Of a stretch of 49,520 nt of DNA, positions 26,421 through 35,750 are shown piece after piece. The position numbers and the translations under genes were made by a program. The number at the start of each line of letters is the position of its first letter. The first letter of the stretch is position 1. Below the pieces are notes generated by a model. That model had not been told where the DNA came from. It searched no databases and saw only the letters and a list, made by a program, of their open reading frames with translations. Origin of the DNA: an uncultured Methanoregula sp. (lineage in GTDB: Archaea > Halobacteriota > Methanomicrobia > Methanomicrobiales > Methanospirillaceae); contig CAYWHL010000002.1 in assembly GCA_964457995.1 (NCBI GenBank), positions 1 through 49,520 on the forward strand. Reading direction: 5' to 3'.

Positions 26421-29154
26421 GCAGCGCCGCTATGATCCGTTCGCGTCCTACTTTCAGGGCAAGGTCAAGCTTATCTGCATCCGGTCCGCCTCCCTGGGCC
26501 ATTGATGGTTTGCCACCACCTTTCCCTCCAAGCAGGCTGCAGACCTGGCTGATGATCTCACCGGCATTCACCCTTGAATCTCCCGAAGTTAGCACAACCC
26601 GTACGGTATCGCCAATTCCTGCAATGAGAGCAACACCCCCGGTTTCTGAAACAGATGTCGCAAGTGCTGAAAGCTCTTTTGCCGGTAGATCGATACGCTT
26701 GATGACCACCGCAATACCTCCGATGGATTCAGCAACGAGCGTCTTCATCTCCAGTTCGACCAGCCTTGCGCTCATCCTGTCGATATCCTTTTTTTGTTCT
26801 TTCCATTCATTGAAGAACCGCGAGACGGTAGCAGGTAAGTTCTCAGACTGGACTGAAAGGACATCAGACGAAGCTGTAACAATGTTTTCAAGGTGCTGCA
26901 TATAGAAGATCGCGGCAAGACCTGCGGCAAATTCAATTCGTTCAATCCCGTCCTGGATATGCTCAACCCTTATGATCTTGATCGCACCTACTTCACCGGT
27001 ATTCCGGCAGTGGGTTCCTGCACAGGCTTCGATATCACCGGCTACCTTAACCACTCGGATGTCCCTGCCCGGGGGAACACCCCCCTGATACAGCGAGAAA
27101 CCATATTTTTGCTCAGCTTTTGTACGGTCTTCAATCGATATTTCAACCGGCTGGCTTGCCATGACCATACGGTTGGCCTCGGTCTCAATCTTGCGAAGTT
27201 CCTCCATTGTTATATGTTTAAAGTGCCGGATATCTATTCGTGAACTTTCGCTTCCTTTCTGAGCTCCTGCCTGGTGTATATGTGCTCCGAGCACCTCTTT
27301 TGCGGCGTGGAGAAGGATATGAGTTGCCGTGTGGTGACGCATCAGCGACCATCGCCGTTCCTCATCAACCATCCCTTTTACCCGTTCACCACGGCGAAGT
27401 ACGCCTCCGGTGATGTGGTGGAGTATCACCTCCCCGATCTTTATTACCCCGTCAACCCTCACCATGCTGTCGGAACTGACCAGTGTGCCGGTGTCTGCAG
27501 GCTGGCCACCGCCGTCCGGGTAAAAGAGCGTCTGGTCAGTTACCACGTAGCCATCAAAGTAGTCGAGGACTACCGCTTCGAATTCGATATCGGATGACTG
27601 CTCATAATAGAGTTTCTTTGTCGGGGGAAGTGCATTAACACGCCCGGAATACTTCGAGGTTTTGTCCTCACCAACCTCTTTTTTCGATTCGGAGTGCATA
27701 TCAGCAACCATTGAATAGAAATTGTCAGGGAGATCGATAACCGCACCTTCTTTTGTTGCTATATCCCTGACCATTTCAGGCTGGATGCCGTGTGAATCGT
27801 AAAGCATGATGATCTCTGAAAGCGGGACACGCTGGCTCTTTGTCTTGTACGATTTTGCAATCTTCTGCACGATCCTCGTCCCGCGCTCGAGCGTGGATGC
27901 ATACTTCTCAGTTTCCCTGTCAATGATCTCGCGGACGACAGATATGTCCTGCTCAAAACTGGTCATACCGATGATTTTTGTCTGCTGTTCGACCAGATCG
28001 ACAAGAGGCTCATGTATCTTTAGTTCGTTCATCATCCTGAGTGTTCTTCTTATGACGAGACGTGCAAGGTACCCCTCCCGGACATTGGATGGTACTATGC
28101 AGTCACCGAGCATGTAGGCAAGGCAGCGGGTATGATCCACCACCGCATATACTTTCTCGATGGGTGTGATCATCTTGTCGAGTTTTTCAGGTGATACGTC
28201 GATTGCTGCTGCCACTTTCTTGCGCAGCTGGAAGAGATTGGTACCGGAGATATCCATGAGACCGGCGAATTTTGCATTAAGGCCAAGGATCTTGGCATAC
28301 TCCTTGTTGTCAAGCATATGCGAAAGCCCGGCAGCACTCATCACATTGCTGACCATCTCAGGAAAAACCGCATCGTAGATGGTAGGCGATCCTTTGGAAG
28401 CCCAGACGAGACGTTCAAGCCCGTATCCGGTGTCGACAATCCGGAGCTTCATCGGGTAGTACATTTCCCCGTTCAGTTCATATCCCGGTGAACTGGTCTT
28501 TTGCCGTCCGAGGCTCATGAAGACCAGTGTTGCGATTTCAAGCCCGCCGATGAGCACCTCAAGGCTTGGCCCTGCATTGCCGCCACCGATCCACGGGTGC
28601 TCCTTATACGTAACCCTGGTAATATCCCCACCAATTGACGCGATGAACTGGTCGCAGAGTTCGACGGTGCGGTCTTTCCAGTAAATCTCTTCAGAGGGGG
28701 TGTTAAAGGCATGGTGTGCCATCATCTCGAAGGTGGTGAGATGCCGTCCCGATTTGCCTACGGAATCAAGATCATTGAGCCGGATACACGGCTGGGATAT
28801 GGTGAGCGGGTTTGCCGGCGGCGGGACAACGCCACCGGTCACAAATGGCTGGAAATCTGCAATCGATGCGATGGTAAGGTAGATATCGTCCCGCCAGCGG
28901 GCGACGACAGGATAACGTTCTATTCGTGTGTGGCCATGCTTTTCAAAAAAAGAGAGGTAGGCCTCACGCATGCTGTCAAGAGTATGGGTGTTAAAGACCG
29001 GCTTGCCAATAAAAGTATAGGGTTCGCAGGGAGCATCACCGCAGATTTCACGCGAACTGTCACGTGTCCAGAACGCTGAACCGCAACTTTTACAGACCTT
29101 GCGAGTCAGTCCCTGTGTCTTGAAATATTCGAGCTGGTATTCTTCTTCGAGCAT
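26413..29154 (-). CDS. alaS: Alanine--tRNA ligase (archaeal type)
   Basis: LTIASIADFQP, SQPCIRLND, RHLTTFEMMAHH, DTGYGLER, HHTATH editing motif, ACAGTHC, GGKGGGKPSMAQGGG. Start MLEEEY (29154) preferred because a TATA lies at about 29174-29179. Confidence 0.97.
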   Translation of the reverse strand: MLEEEYQLEYFKTQGLTRKVCKSCGSAFWTRDSSREICGDAPCEPYTFIGKPVFNTHTLDSMREAYLSFFEKHGHTRIERYPVVARWRDDIYLTIASIADFQPFVTGGVVPPPANPLTISQPCIRLNDLDSVGKSGRHLTTFEMMAHHAFNTPSEEIYWKDRTVELCDQFIASIGGDITRVTYKEHPWIGGGNAGPSLEVLIGGLEIATLVFMSLGRQKTSSPGYELNGEMYYPMKLRIVDTGYGLERLVWASKGSPTIYDAVFPEMVSNVMSAAGLSHMLDNKEYAKILGLNAKFAGLMDISGTNLFQLRKKVAAAIDVSPEKLDKMITPIEKVYAVVDHTRCLAYMLGDCIVPSNVREGYLARLVIRRTLRMMNELKIHEPLVDLVEQQTKIIGMTSFEQDISVVREIIDRETEKYASTLERGTRIVQKIAKSYKTKSQRVPLSEIIMLYDSHGIQPEMVRDIATKEGAVIDLPDNFYSMVADMHSESKKEVGEDKTSKYSGRVNALPPTKKLYYEQSSDIEFEAVVLDYFDGYVVTDQTLFYPDGGGQPADTGTLVSSDSMVRVDGVIKIGEVILHHITGGVLRRGERVKGMVDEERRWSLMRHHTATHILLHAAKEVLGAHIHQAGAQKGSESSRIDIRHFKHITMEELRKIETEANRMVMASQPVEISIEDRTKAEQKYGFSLYQGGVPPGRDIRVVKVAGDIEACAGTHCRNTGEVGAIKIIRVEHIQDGIERIEFAAGLAAIFYMQHLENIVTASSDVLSVQSENLPATVSRFFNEWKEQKKDIDRMSARLVELEMKTLVAESIGGIAVVIKRIDLPAKELSALATSVSETGGVALIAGIGDTVRVVLTSGDSRVNAGEIISQVCSLLGGKGGGKPSMAQGGGPDADKLDLALKVGRERIIAALHG

Positions 29155-29212
29155 TAAACGCACATCCATGTGGTATAAATCGAGAAAAAAGGCAGACCAA
29201 TAATAACTCTGT

Positions 29213-29990
29213 ATGCCACGGATAGAAAAGTTCTTGAAGCAGTATTCAAAGTCCTCAACAAGATCAAGCTATCAGTCAGGTATACTGGCTTTTCTATCAT
29301 TCATCTATGGATTTAACCGTAAAGGCAAAAGGATTTCCGATGATGAGAAGGTAAAACGGGAAACTCTCACCGACAGATATTTAGTTGAAGGTCGGGATTA
29401 CGAGCATGACCTGATAAACTTCTCAAATGACTGCCTGAAGAATTTTGCCCCGATAACCAGCTCGTACTACATCACAGCGGTAAGGGAGTTCTATATCTTT
29501 AATGATATCGAGCTGACACGGAAACAGGAACGGAACCTTAAAAATAAGATCTCCCGGGGTGGCCCGATATCTGAGGAGGAAGATCTGACAAAGGAGATGA
29601 TCCGGGCTCTCCTTAATGTATCAGACCTGAAATTAAAGACCATCATTATGTTTATACTTACATCTGGGGTACGCTTGGGGAGGCGATCACTCTTACTCTG
29701 AATGATGTGAGAATCGATACGAGTGGAGAGTTTGCAGTTGTTTCTCTCAAGGGAAAACGGAAGACCGGCACAGGTACAAAGAACGCACATTTCCGTATTA
29801 CATTCATCAATAAAGAGGCTCGAGCTCCTCAACTAAATGGATGCAGGTATGAGAGAAGTATCTAAAATATCTTATCGGGAGAAGCCGGGGCCGGCTTGCA
29901 GTGAAAATTCCAAGAAGCGATAACAGGGTATTCCCATTCTGCAAAACATTGCTGAGAACATCATAAGAACTGCCCTGAAGAGATCCGGGC
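29213..29990 (+). pseudogene. Degraded tyrosine recombinase/integrase
   Basis: N-terminal SAM-like domain, then ILTSGVRLG (box I Arg). A 1-nt loss in the G-run at about 29677-29680 shifts the frame; the continuation reads EAITLTLNDV...GTKNAHFRITFINKEA. Further frameshift/stop near 29820-29850; no HxxR or catalytic Tyr follows. Confidence 0.82.
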
Positions 29991-30111
29991 TAGAACGCGG
30001 TAAAAGACAAAGATAGTCGTGCAGTTCTCAAGATTATGAGGTTGAATATGGGAATGGGGATTTAGGGTGGAATCCCCTCTCATTTATTCATAGTCGGAGA
30101 GACCTGATAAT

Positions 30112-30306
30112 TCAGGCCTCATAGGCAACAAGGATTGCCCCGGTATCCTTTTCTGCAGCTTTTATCTTTGCGATCTCCGCCGCAGTAAGTTTCTTGTAAG
30201 GATGAACCTTCTCGTATGCAATCAGGGTTACCCCAAGTTTCTGTTCGAGGGCACGGATCTCCTTGATGGGTGCCTCATCGAGTTTTGCCGGTCGTACACA
30301 CTCCAT
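30112..30306 (-). CDS. Small hypothetical protein made of two ~30-aa repeats
   Basis: PAKLDEAPIKEIRALEQKLGVTLIAYE / YKKLTAAEIAKIKAAEKDTGAILVAYE; ATG 30306 with a GTGA RBS. Confidence 0.7.
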   Translation of the reverse strand: MECVRPAKLDEAPIKEIRALEQKLGVTLIAYEKVHPYKKLTAAEIAKIKAAEKDTGAILVAYEA

Positions 30307-30476
30307 AAAGATCACTTCAAAATTACCCTATTCAGTCCGGAGTAAATAAATTATCGCGTAAGTGAACTTGGGATAGTCCTGATTTTCCTGAATTGCATGA
30401 GATAAGGGCTCTCTGATTCCATAAAAATCACTAAGCAAATTATATTAAGTTAAAACAAACAAATTTGTGCTAAAAT

Positions 30477-30539
30477 ATGATAACGTCCATCCCGCCTCCA
30501 AACCCGATCCCTGATCCCAAAAACCCCCTGGAGCAATAA
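30477..30539 (+). CDS. Candidate 20-aa Pro-rich leader peptide (uORF) of the ABC operon
   Basis: MITSIPPPNPIPDPKNPLEQ*; ATG about 30 nt after TATA-like TTATATTAA (30440-30448); in frame with the permease. Confidence 0.3.
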   Translation: MITSIPPPNPIPDPKNPLEQ

Positions 30540-30545
30540 CCCGCC

Positions 30546-31493
30546 TTGACCAGAACTATCCCCACTATCATCAGCCTGACCGTTGCTGCTCTCCTGACGA
30601 TTGTACTCTGTACGTTAACCGGCCCGGCAGGCTTTGGCATCCCCTCAACCGGTGCCGGTGCTGCCAGCATTGTCGTAGGCATCCGCTTACCCCGGGTCAT
30701 TGCCGCATTTTTCGTGGGCGCCAGTCTCGCTGTTGCCGGTGCCGCGATGCAGGCGCTCTTCAAAAACCCGATGGCAGACCCTTACATTCTCGGCACATCT
30801 TCAGGAGGGGCGCTGGGAGCCTCCCTTGCGATCATCTTCCTTGGCGGCTTCTTCGTCCCGCTCTTCGCATGGGTCGGCGCAGTTGCGGCGATCCTGATTG
30901 TCTGGTCGATTGCCGGCCGTCAGGGCGTAATCTCTGTTGAGACCCTGCTGCTGACCGGCATTGCTGTTTCGTTCTTTTTCTCGGCCATCGTTTCGTTCCT
31001 GATCGCCATTGCCGGCCAGAATGTCCACCAGATCATCTTCTGGCTCATGGGCGGGTTCTGGAACGCGTCGCCTGCCGATGCGATCCTTGCTGGCTGCATC
31101 CTCGTGCCGGCCGGTGCCTTACTTTTCTTTATGGGCCGGGATCTCAACGCCCTCTCGCTTGGAGAGGAGACCGCCGCCCACCTCGGAATCGATGCAAAAC
31201 GGGTCCGCTGGTTTGTGCTCGGTGGCAGCACCCTGCTCGTTGCCGGTGCCGTCTCGATCGCCGGGTCAATCGGTTTTGTCGGGCTGGTCACACCGCATGT
31301 CGTCCGGATGCTCATTGGCCCGGACAACCGGGTGGTCATCCCTGCCTGTATTCCTGTCGGGGGAATCCTCCTCGTGGTCTCGGATACCCTCACCCGGACG
31401 TTCTTCTCTGACCTGCCGGTAGGCATCATCACGGCTTTCATCGGGGCACCGTTCTTTATCTGGCTGATTTACCAGAGGCGGGAGGTCACATGA
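30546..31493 (+). CDS. btuC: FecCD/BtuC-family ABC permease (cobalamin/iron-chelate)
   Basis: IRLPRVIAA, QALFKNPMADPYILGTSSGGALG, LGEETAAHLG, IGFVGLVTPH, PVGIITAFIGAPFF. Confidence 0.88.
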   Translation: MTRTIPTIISLTVAALLTIVLCTLTGPAGFGIPSTGAGAASIVVGIRLPRVIAAFFVGASLAVAGAAMQALFKNPMADPYILGTSSGGALGASLAIIFLGGFFVPLFAWVGAVAAILIVWSIAGRQGVISVETLLLTGIAVSFFFSAIVSFLIAIAGQNVHQIIFWLMGGFWNASPADAILAGCILVPAGALLFFMGRDLNALSLGEETAAHLGIDAKRVRWFVLGGSTLLVAGAVSIAGSIGFVGLVTPHVVRMLIGPDNRVVIPACIPVGGILLVVSDTLTRTFFSDLPVGIITAFIGAPFFIWLIYQRREVT

Positions 31494-32779
31494 CCGGCCG
31501 GCACAGCATCAATACCGAAAACCTCTACGCGGGGTATGGTACACAGGAGATTGTCAAATCTGTCAGCTGCACATTTGCCCCGGGATCCTTCACCGGTATC
31601 ATCGGGCCGAACGGTTCGGGCAAGACCACGCTTCTCCGGGCGTTCAGCCGCGTGATACCATCAAGCGGGATCCTTGAACTGGATGGAAAGGCAGTCAGCG
31701 ATTATACTCCTGCGGAACTGGGCATGGCGCTCGGTTTTGTCCCCCAGGACGAAGGACGCCCGTTCTCCTACACGGTGATTCAGGTCGTGCTGATGGCACG
31801 GTACGCCCGGACCAGCAGGTTTGCCGCACTCGTACCGGACGATTATGCCCGGTGCCACCGGGCTCTTGCGGAGACCGGTGTCGCGCACCTGGCAGACCGT
31901 TCGATCCGGACCCTGAGCGGTGGGGAATGGCAGCGTGTACTGATTGCCCGTGCCCTTGCCCAGGACACAAACGTGCTCCTGCTGGACGAGCCGACCTCGC
32001 ATCTCGATCTCTCCCACCAATCCGATATTCTCTCCCTTATTCGCCGGCTTGCCGGTTCGGGCTCCACCATCATCGGCGTATTCCATGACCTCAACCTTGC
32101 CTCGCTCTACTGCGACCGTCTCATCATGATCCAGCATGGGCAGCTGGTTGCTGACGGTACGCCCGCACAGGTGCTGACACCAGAAAAAATCCGGCAGGTC
32201 TACGGTGCCGAGGTGATTACGTCCTGCCACCCGGCTACCGGACGGACCTTCCTGATGCCCATTAAAACTGCAAACGGGAATGGATCACCCCTCAAACCCC
32301 AAAACGTGCTGGTGATCTCTGGAGGAGGGAGTGGCTCTGATCTTCTTCACTTCCTTGCCGGAAAAGGTGTATCTCTCTCGGCCGCCATACTTGCGACCAC
32401 GGATACCGATTATCTCACAGTTAAAGCGCTGGACATCCCCTGCATACCCGTCCTGCCATTCTCCCGTATCCCGGTTCATGCGCTGGAGAAGCTCAAGGCT
32501 ATGCTCTCCCGTGCAGACCGTATTATCCTTTCCGTCCACCCGGTGGGATCCGGCAACATGCCGGTTCTTGCTGAACTCTTTGGGGTTAATCCAACCCGAA
32601 TCATTATCCACCTGCCGGAAGACAGAGATTTTTCCTCGTATGATTTTGCCAGAGGAGCTGCAGCTGCTGCTCTTACCGACCTGTGTACCGCAGGTGCACA
32701 GTGTACCACCAGTTATGACGGGATACTTGCACTCCTGTACTCCGAGCCCCCTAAAAAAACCCATCACCATGAGATGTGA
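31490..32779 (+). CDS. btuD: ABC ATPase (BtuD/FecE-like) with ~170-aa C-terminal extension
   Basis: GPNGSGKTT, LSGGEWQR, LLLDEPTSHLD, HDLNLA; extra domain begins VLVISGGGSG and ends KKTHHHEM. Confidence 0.85.
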   Translation: MTGRHSINTENLYAGYGTQEIVKSVSCTFAPGSFTGIIGPNGSGKTTLLRAFSRVIPSSGILELDGKAVSDYTPAELGMALGFVPQDEGRPFSYTVIQVVLMARYARTSRFAALVPDDYARCHRALAETGVAHLADRSIRTLSGGEWQRVLIARALAQDTNVLLLDEPTSHLDLSHQSDILSLIRRLAGSGSTIIGVFHDLNLASLYCDRLIMIQHGQLVADGTPAQVLTPEKIRQVYGAEVITSCHPATGRTFLMPIKTANGNGSPLKPQNVLVISGGGSGSDLLHFLAGKGVSLSAAILATTDTDYLTVKALDIPCIPVLPFSRIPVHALEKLKAMLSRADRIILSVHPVGSGNMPVLAELFGVNPTRIIIHLPEDRDFSSYDFARGAAAAALTDLCTAGAQCTTSYDGILALLYSEPPKKTHHHEM

Positions 32780-32782
32780 TCC

Positions 32783-32962
32783 ATGATGACAAGACCATTA
32801 TTTATCTCAACATTCTGTTGCATTGACCATCCGCCTGATGAGGTGCCTGGCATCCCTGCCAGCCGCGTATCCCCCATGGAGATCCTTGCGGACGGTTCCC
32901 ATGACTCCCTGGTATATCCGCTGCGACCGACCAGAGCATCAGCCATCTTTCATCCATCATGA
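32783..32962 (+). CDS. Candidate 59-aa small protein filling the btuD-btuF gap
   Basis: MMTRPLFISTFCCIDHPPDEVPGIPASRVSPMEILADGSHDSLVYPLRPTRASAIFHPS*; begins 3 nt after the btuD stop with GTGAT upstream and ends 14 nt before the btuF start. Confidence 0.4.
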   Translation: MMTRPLFISTFCCIDHPPDEVPGIPASRVSPMEILADGSHDSLVYPLRPTRASAIFHPS

Positions 32963-32976
32963 ACGGAGAGGAATAA

Positions 32977-34008
32977 ATGAAACCAAAAATCCGAACCCCA
33001 CAAGCGTGCGGCATAGTCCTGCTGGTAACGGCAATGGCACTGATCCTTGGTACAATGCCGGTATCTGCGTTCACCATAACTGACGATACCGGTACAACTA
33101 TTTCATTCAATGCGACACCATCCCGTATCGTTTCACTGTCCCCTTCCAATACCGAGATCCTTGCCGCTCTTGGCCTGCTTGACCGGTTGGTTGGCGTAAC
33201 GGAAGTCTGTGACTATCCCCCGGAGGTAAAGAACAAGACCCGCATCGGGGGCTACTCTGCTATCAGTATCGAGAAGGTGGCCGCAGCCCGGCCTGACCTG
33301 GTCATTGCCTCGGATCTCACGCCGAGGGAGACTACAAACCGGCTCCGTGAGATTGGCCTGCCGGTTGTGGTCGTGGCACCCCGGAATATCGACCACGTGA
33401 TACGGGACATCCGCATGGTGGGGGAAATAACCGGTACAAAAACCCGGGCCGATGAACTGGCTTCCGAACTCTCGCGCCGCATTACCGCAGCCCTGCCCTC
33501 TCCCCTGCCGGAATACCGGCCGACCATAGCCCAGATCGTATGGCACAAGCCCCTCTACGTGAGCGGCAACAATACGCTGCAGAACGATGTGATCGTCCAT
33601 GCCGGTGGCGTGAATGTATTCTCTGACCGGAGCGGCTGGGGCACAGTATCGCTTGAAGAGCTACTGCTGATCAATCCCGATATTATCATTGTGAGCGGCG
33701 GAGGCGGGATGGATTCAGCGGGAAAGGATTTGATCCTTGAAGAGTTCATGACAAACCCGCAGTACGTGTCCCTATCTGCGGTGAAAAACAACCATGTGTA
33801 TGCTGTCAATGCCAATATCATCAGCAGGCCCGGCCCCCGTATCGCGGATGCAGCTGAGGAGGTTGCCCGGATTATTCGTACTGTGGAAGAAGAATGTACT
33901 GCATCGCAACCTGTGACGGCACCAGAATCAGCCGCAACAACCCCCGGGTTCACTACAATTGCTGCTGCCCTCGGGCTTCTTGCAATCGTTGCGGGGATGA
34001 AGAAGTAA
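32977..34008 (+). CDS. btuF: Cobalamin-binding (BtuF-like) substrate-binding protein with PGF-CTERM anchor
   Basis: ITDDTG...PSRIVSLSPSNTEIL, VGVTEVCDYP, SIEKVAAARPDLV, SRPGPRI; C-terminus TPGF + TM helix + KK. Confidence 0.88.
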   Translation: MKPKIRTPQACGIVLLVTAMALILGTMPVSAFTITDDTGTTISFNATPSRIVSLSPSNTEILAALGLLDRLVGVTEVCDYPPEVKNKTRIGGYSAISIEKVAAARPDLVIASDLTPRETTNRLREIGLPVVVVAPRNIDHVIRDIRMVGEITGTKTRADELASELSRRITAALPSPLPEYRPTIAQIVWHKPLYVSGNNTLQNDVIVHAGGVNVFSDRSGWGTVSLEELLLINPDIIIVSGGGGMDSAGKDLILEEFMTNPQYVSLSAVKNNHVYAVNANIISRPGPRIADAAEEVARIIRTVEEECTASQPVTAPESAATTPGFTTIAAALGLLAIVAGMKK

Positions 34009-34023
34009 CAGGACACCGGTAAT

Positions 34024-35178
34024 ATGATAGCAAGTGACGAGATCCTCCTGCCGGATAAAACCCGGCTCCGGCTCCCTGCCGGGGAGACCATCATGCGCAC
34101 GGAACACGACCTTGTCGTCCGCTTTAACAGGCGACATGTGCTTTCAACATCATGGCTCAACGGCGGTTATCGTGAGGATCTCACGGCAATCTTCAACCAC
34201 CAGATACCACTTGCTGCCTGCCATGCCTGCCATGCCACTGGAGACGTGAAGACGTATCTTGAAGAGGTTGCAGCATCTCTGTCGCTCGACCCGGCCACAA
34301 CCAGCGGTCTCATCACCCGTGCGGAGATGCGGAACGCCGCCATCGTTTCCGCTCAGTATAACGGCCTCTCCGTTACGGCAGTTGTCACTGCAGGCATTGA
34401 TAAGAATGGTGGGCGTGCGGGTGATCCTGCCTCGTACTATGAGACTGACGGGAGATTTGAGCCGGTCGGTGGTACCATCAACACGATCCTCGTCATCGGC
34501 GCCGACCTTCCGGATTTCGCCATAGCCCGGGCGCTCATGACCGCAACTGAGGCGAAAGCTGCAGCTCTTCAGCAGCTGATGGCAAGAAGTATCTATTCAG
34601 CCGGTATTGCTACTGGATCCGGGACGGACATGATCGCCATCGTGGCAGATCCCTGCTCGAAGATTCAGCTGTCTGATGCGGGGACACACTCCAAACTTGG
34701 GGAACTCATTGGAAAAACGGTGATTCAGGCAATGCATGCAGCACTGGAAAAGGAGACCGGTCTCTCACCCGCATCCCAGTACGACGCTCTGGTCCGTCTC
34801 TCGCGGTACCGGGTTACCGAAGAAGTTCTTTGGAATGTGGTGGCAGAACTATACCCCCAGGATCCATTCGATCCGGAAGCAAAAGAGCGATTCCTCCTGC
34901 AATTGAAAACATGGGCAAAGAAGCCCCGTGCTGTCGCTATTGTGGCAGCAGCACTGCACATTGTTGATGAGACGGGATGGGGGCTGCTTCCCTCGCAGGA
35001 GGTGGAGGAGTCGATTAATCGCATCCTGCGGAACCGTACGGGTGAGGTACCGGAATTCCGAAACGATGAAATGGTGTTGCAAGGTTTGAGTATCGCCCTT
35101 GGTAGGGTCGTGCAGCCTGGACGATGCTGTGTACAGCCCGGTGATACCAACACAACAGGAGATGAGCGTAAAAAATAA
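34024..35178 (+). CDS. cbiZ: Adenosylcobinamide amidohydrolase
   Basis: VLSTSWLNGG, GLITRAEM, VVTAGIDKNGGRAGDPA, GTINTILVI, TATEAKAAALQ, ATGSGTD, GTHSKLGELIG. Confidence 0.88.
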   Translation: MIASDEILLPDKTRLRLPAGETIMRTEHDLVVRFNRRHVLSTSWLNGGYREDLTAIFNHQIPLAACHACHATGDVKTYLEEVAASLSLDPATTSGLITRAEMRNAAIVSAQYNGLSVTAVVTAGIDKNGGRAGDPASYYETDGRFEPVGGTINTILVIGADLPDFAIARALMTATEAKAAALQQLMARSIYSAGIATGSGTDMIAIVADPCSKIQLSDAGTHSKLGELIGKTVIQAMHAALEKETGLSPASQYDALVRLSRYRVTEEVLWNVVAELYPQDPFDPEAKERFLLQLKTWAKKPRAVAIVAAALHIVDETGWGLLPSQEVEESINRILRNRTGEVPEFRNDEMVLQGLSIALGRVVQPGRCCVQPGDTNTTGDERKK

Positions 35179-35203
35179 TGTTCTGAATTAACGGTGGCTT
35201 TTC

Positions 35204-35569
35204 ATGGCAAGATTTAATGGAATCAGCCTGCAACCGGCAACCCGGAATGCGGTGGACAAGTTTGAAAACGAAGTGATTATCAGGAAAGATAACCGGTTCC
35301 TTATATCCACCGTATACCTCGATATACAGGAAGATCGCTGGGCGGTTTCCGTGGCATATAACACTTCCCGGAACAAGGGATTGCATACACCTGATAACCT
35401 GCTTGAAGTTCGTTATTCCTATTTTCCCTCCGATGGGAAAACCATAATGATGCTGCGTTCGGATCCGATAGAAGAATTACCTCTTACTGCCGGACCGTTT
35501 ATAGATCCTGATACTTTTACTCAGTACGTGATAACCTACGAGAGGGATCTAGTAAACCGCCTGATCTGA
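35204..35569 (+). CDS. Hypothetical protein (121 aa)
   Basis: Clean ORF with a GGTGG RBS directly after cbiZ; protein-like composition; no motif recognised. Confidence 0.6.
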   Translation: MARFNGISLQPATRNAVDKFENEVIIRKDNRFLISTVYLDIQEDRWAVSVAYNTSRNKGLHTPDNLLEVRYSYFPSDGKTIMMLRSDPIEELPLTAGPFIDPDTFTQYVITYERDLVNRLI

Positions 35570-35589
35570 AAAACGGGAAAGGATTTTAT

Positions 35590-35750
35590 TAACAGGGGAG
35601 ATAAACCACATTTATCCAGCCCCGTTTTTAACTCCTCACCTCCCCTCTTTTCCTTTCCTCTACAGTAGGGGAAAATAAGCCCTATACCAGCTCTGATTCC
35701 CTCTCCGGTATCACAGTTGATACTGGGAAATCCTTAAAAAAAACCCTATT
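35590..35750 (+). ncRNA. Candidate structured small RNA with an anti-Shine-Dalgarno tract
   Basis: TATA-like TTTTATTAA at about 35584-35592, TCACCTCC at 35636-35643 and consecutive hairpins; intergenic between convergent genes. Confidence 0.3.

Noticed and set aside
30060-30085. GGGTGGAATCCCCTCTC after the integrase relic, resembling a tRNA T-arm/att site
   Set aside because: Only loose similarity to the tRNA-Leu 3' end (GGGTTCGAATCCCATCCCTC); too short and mismatched to call an att duplication.
30537-30539. Recoding (Pyl/Sec readthrough) of the in-frame stop before btuC
   Set aside because: The codon is TAA, not TAG or TGA, and no pyl/sel genes are in the window.
30320-30545. Cobalamin riboswitch upstream of the btu operon
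   Set aside because: No B12-box or recognisable conserved core seen; an Infernal scan would be needed to exclude it fully.
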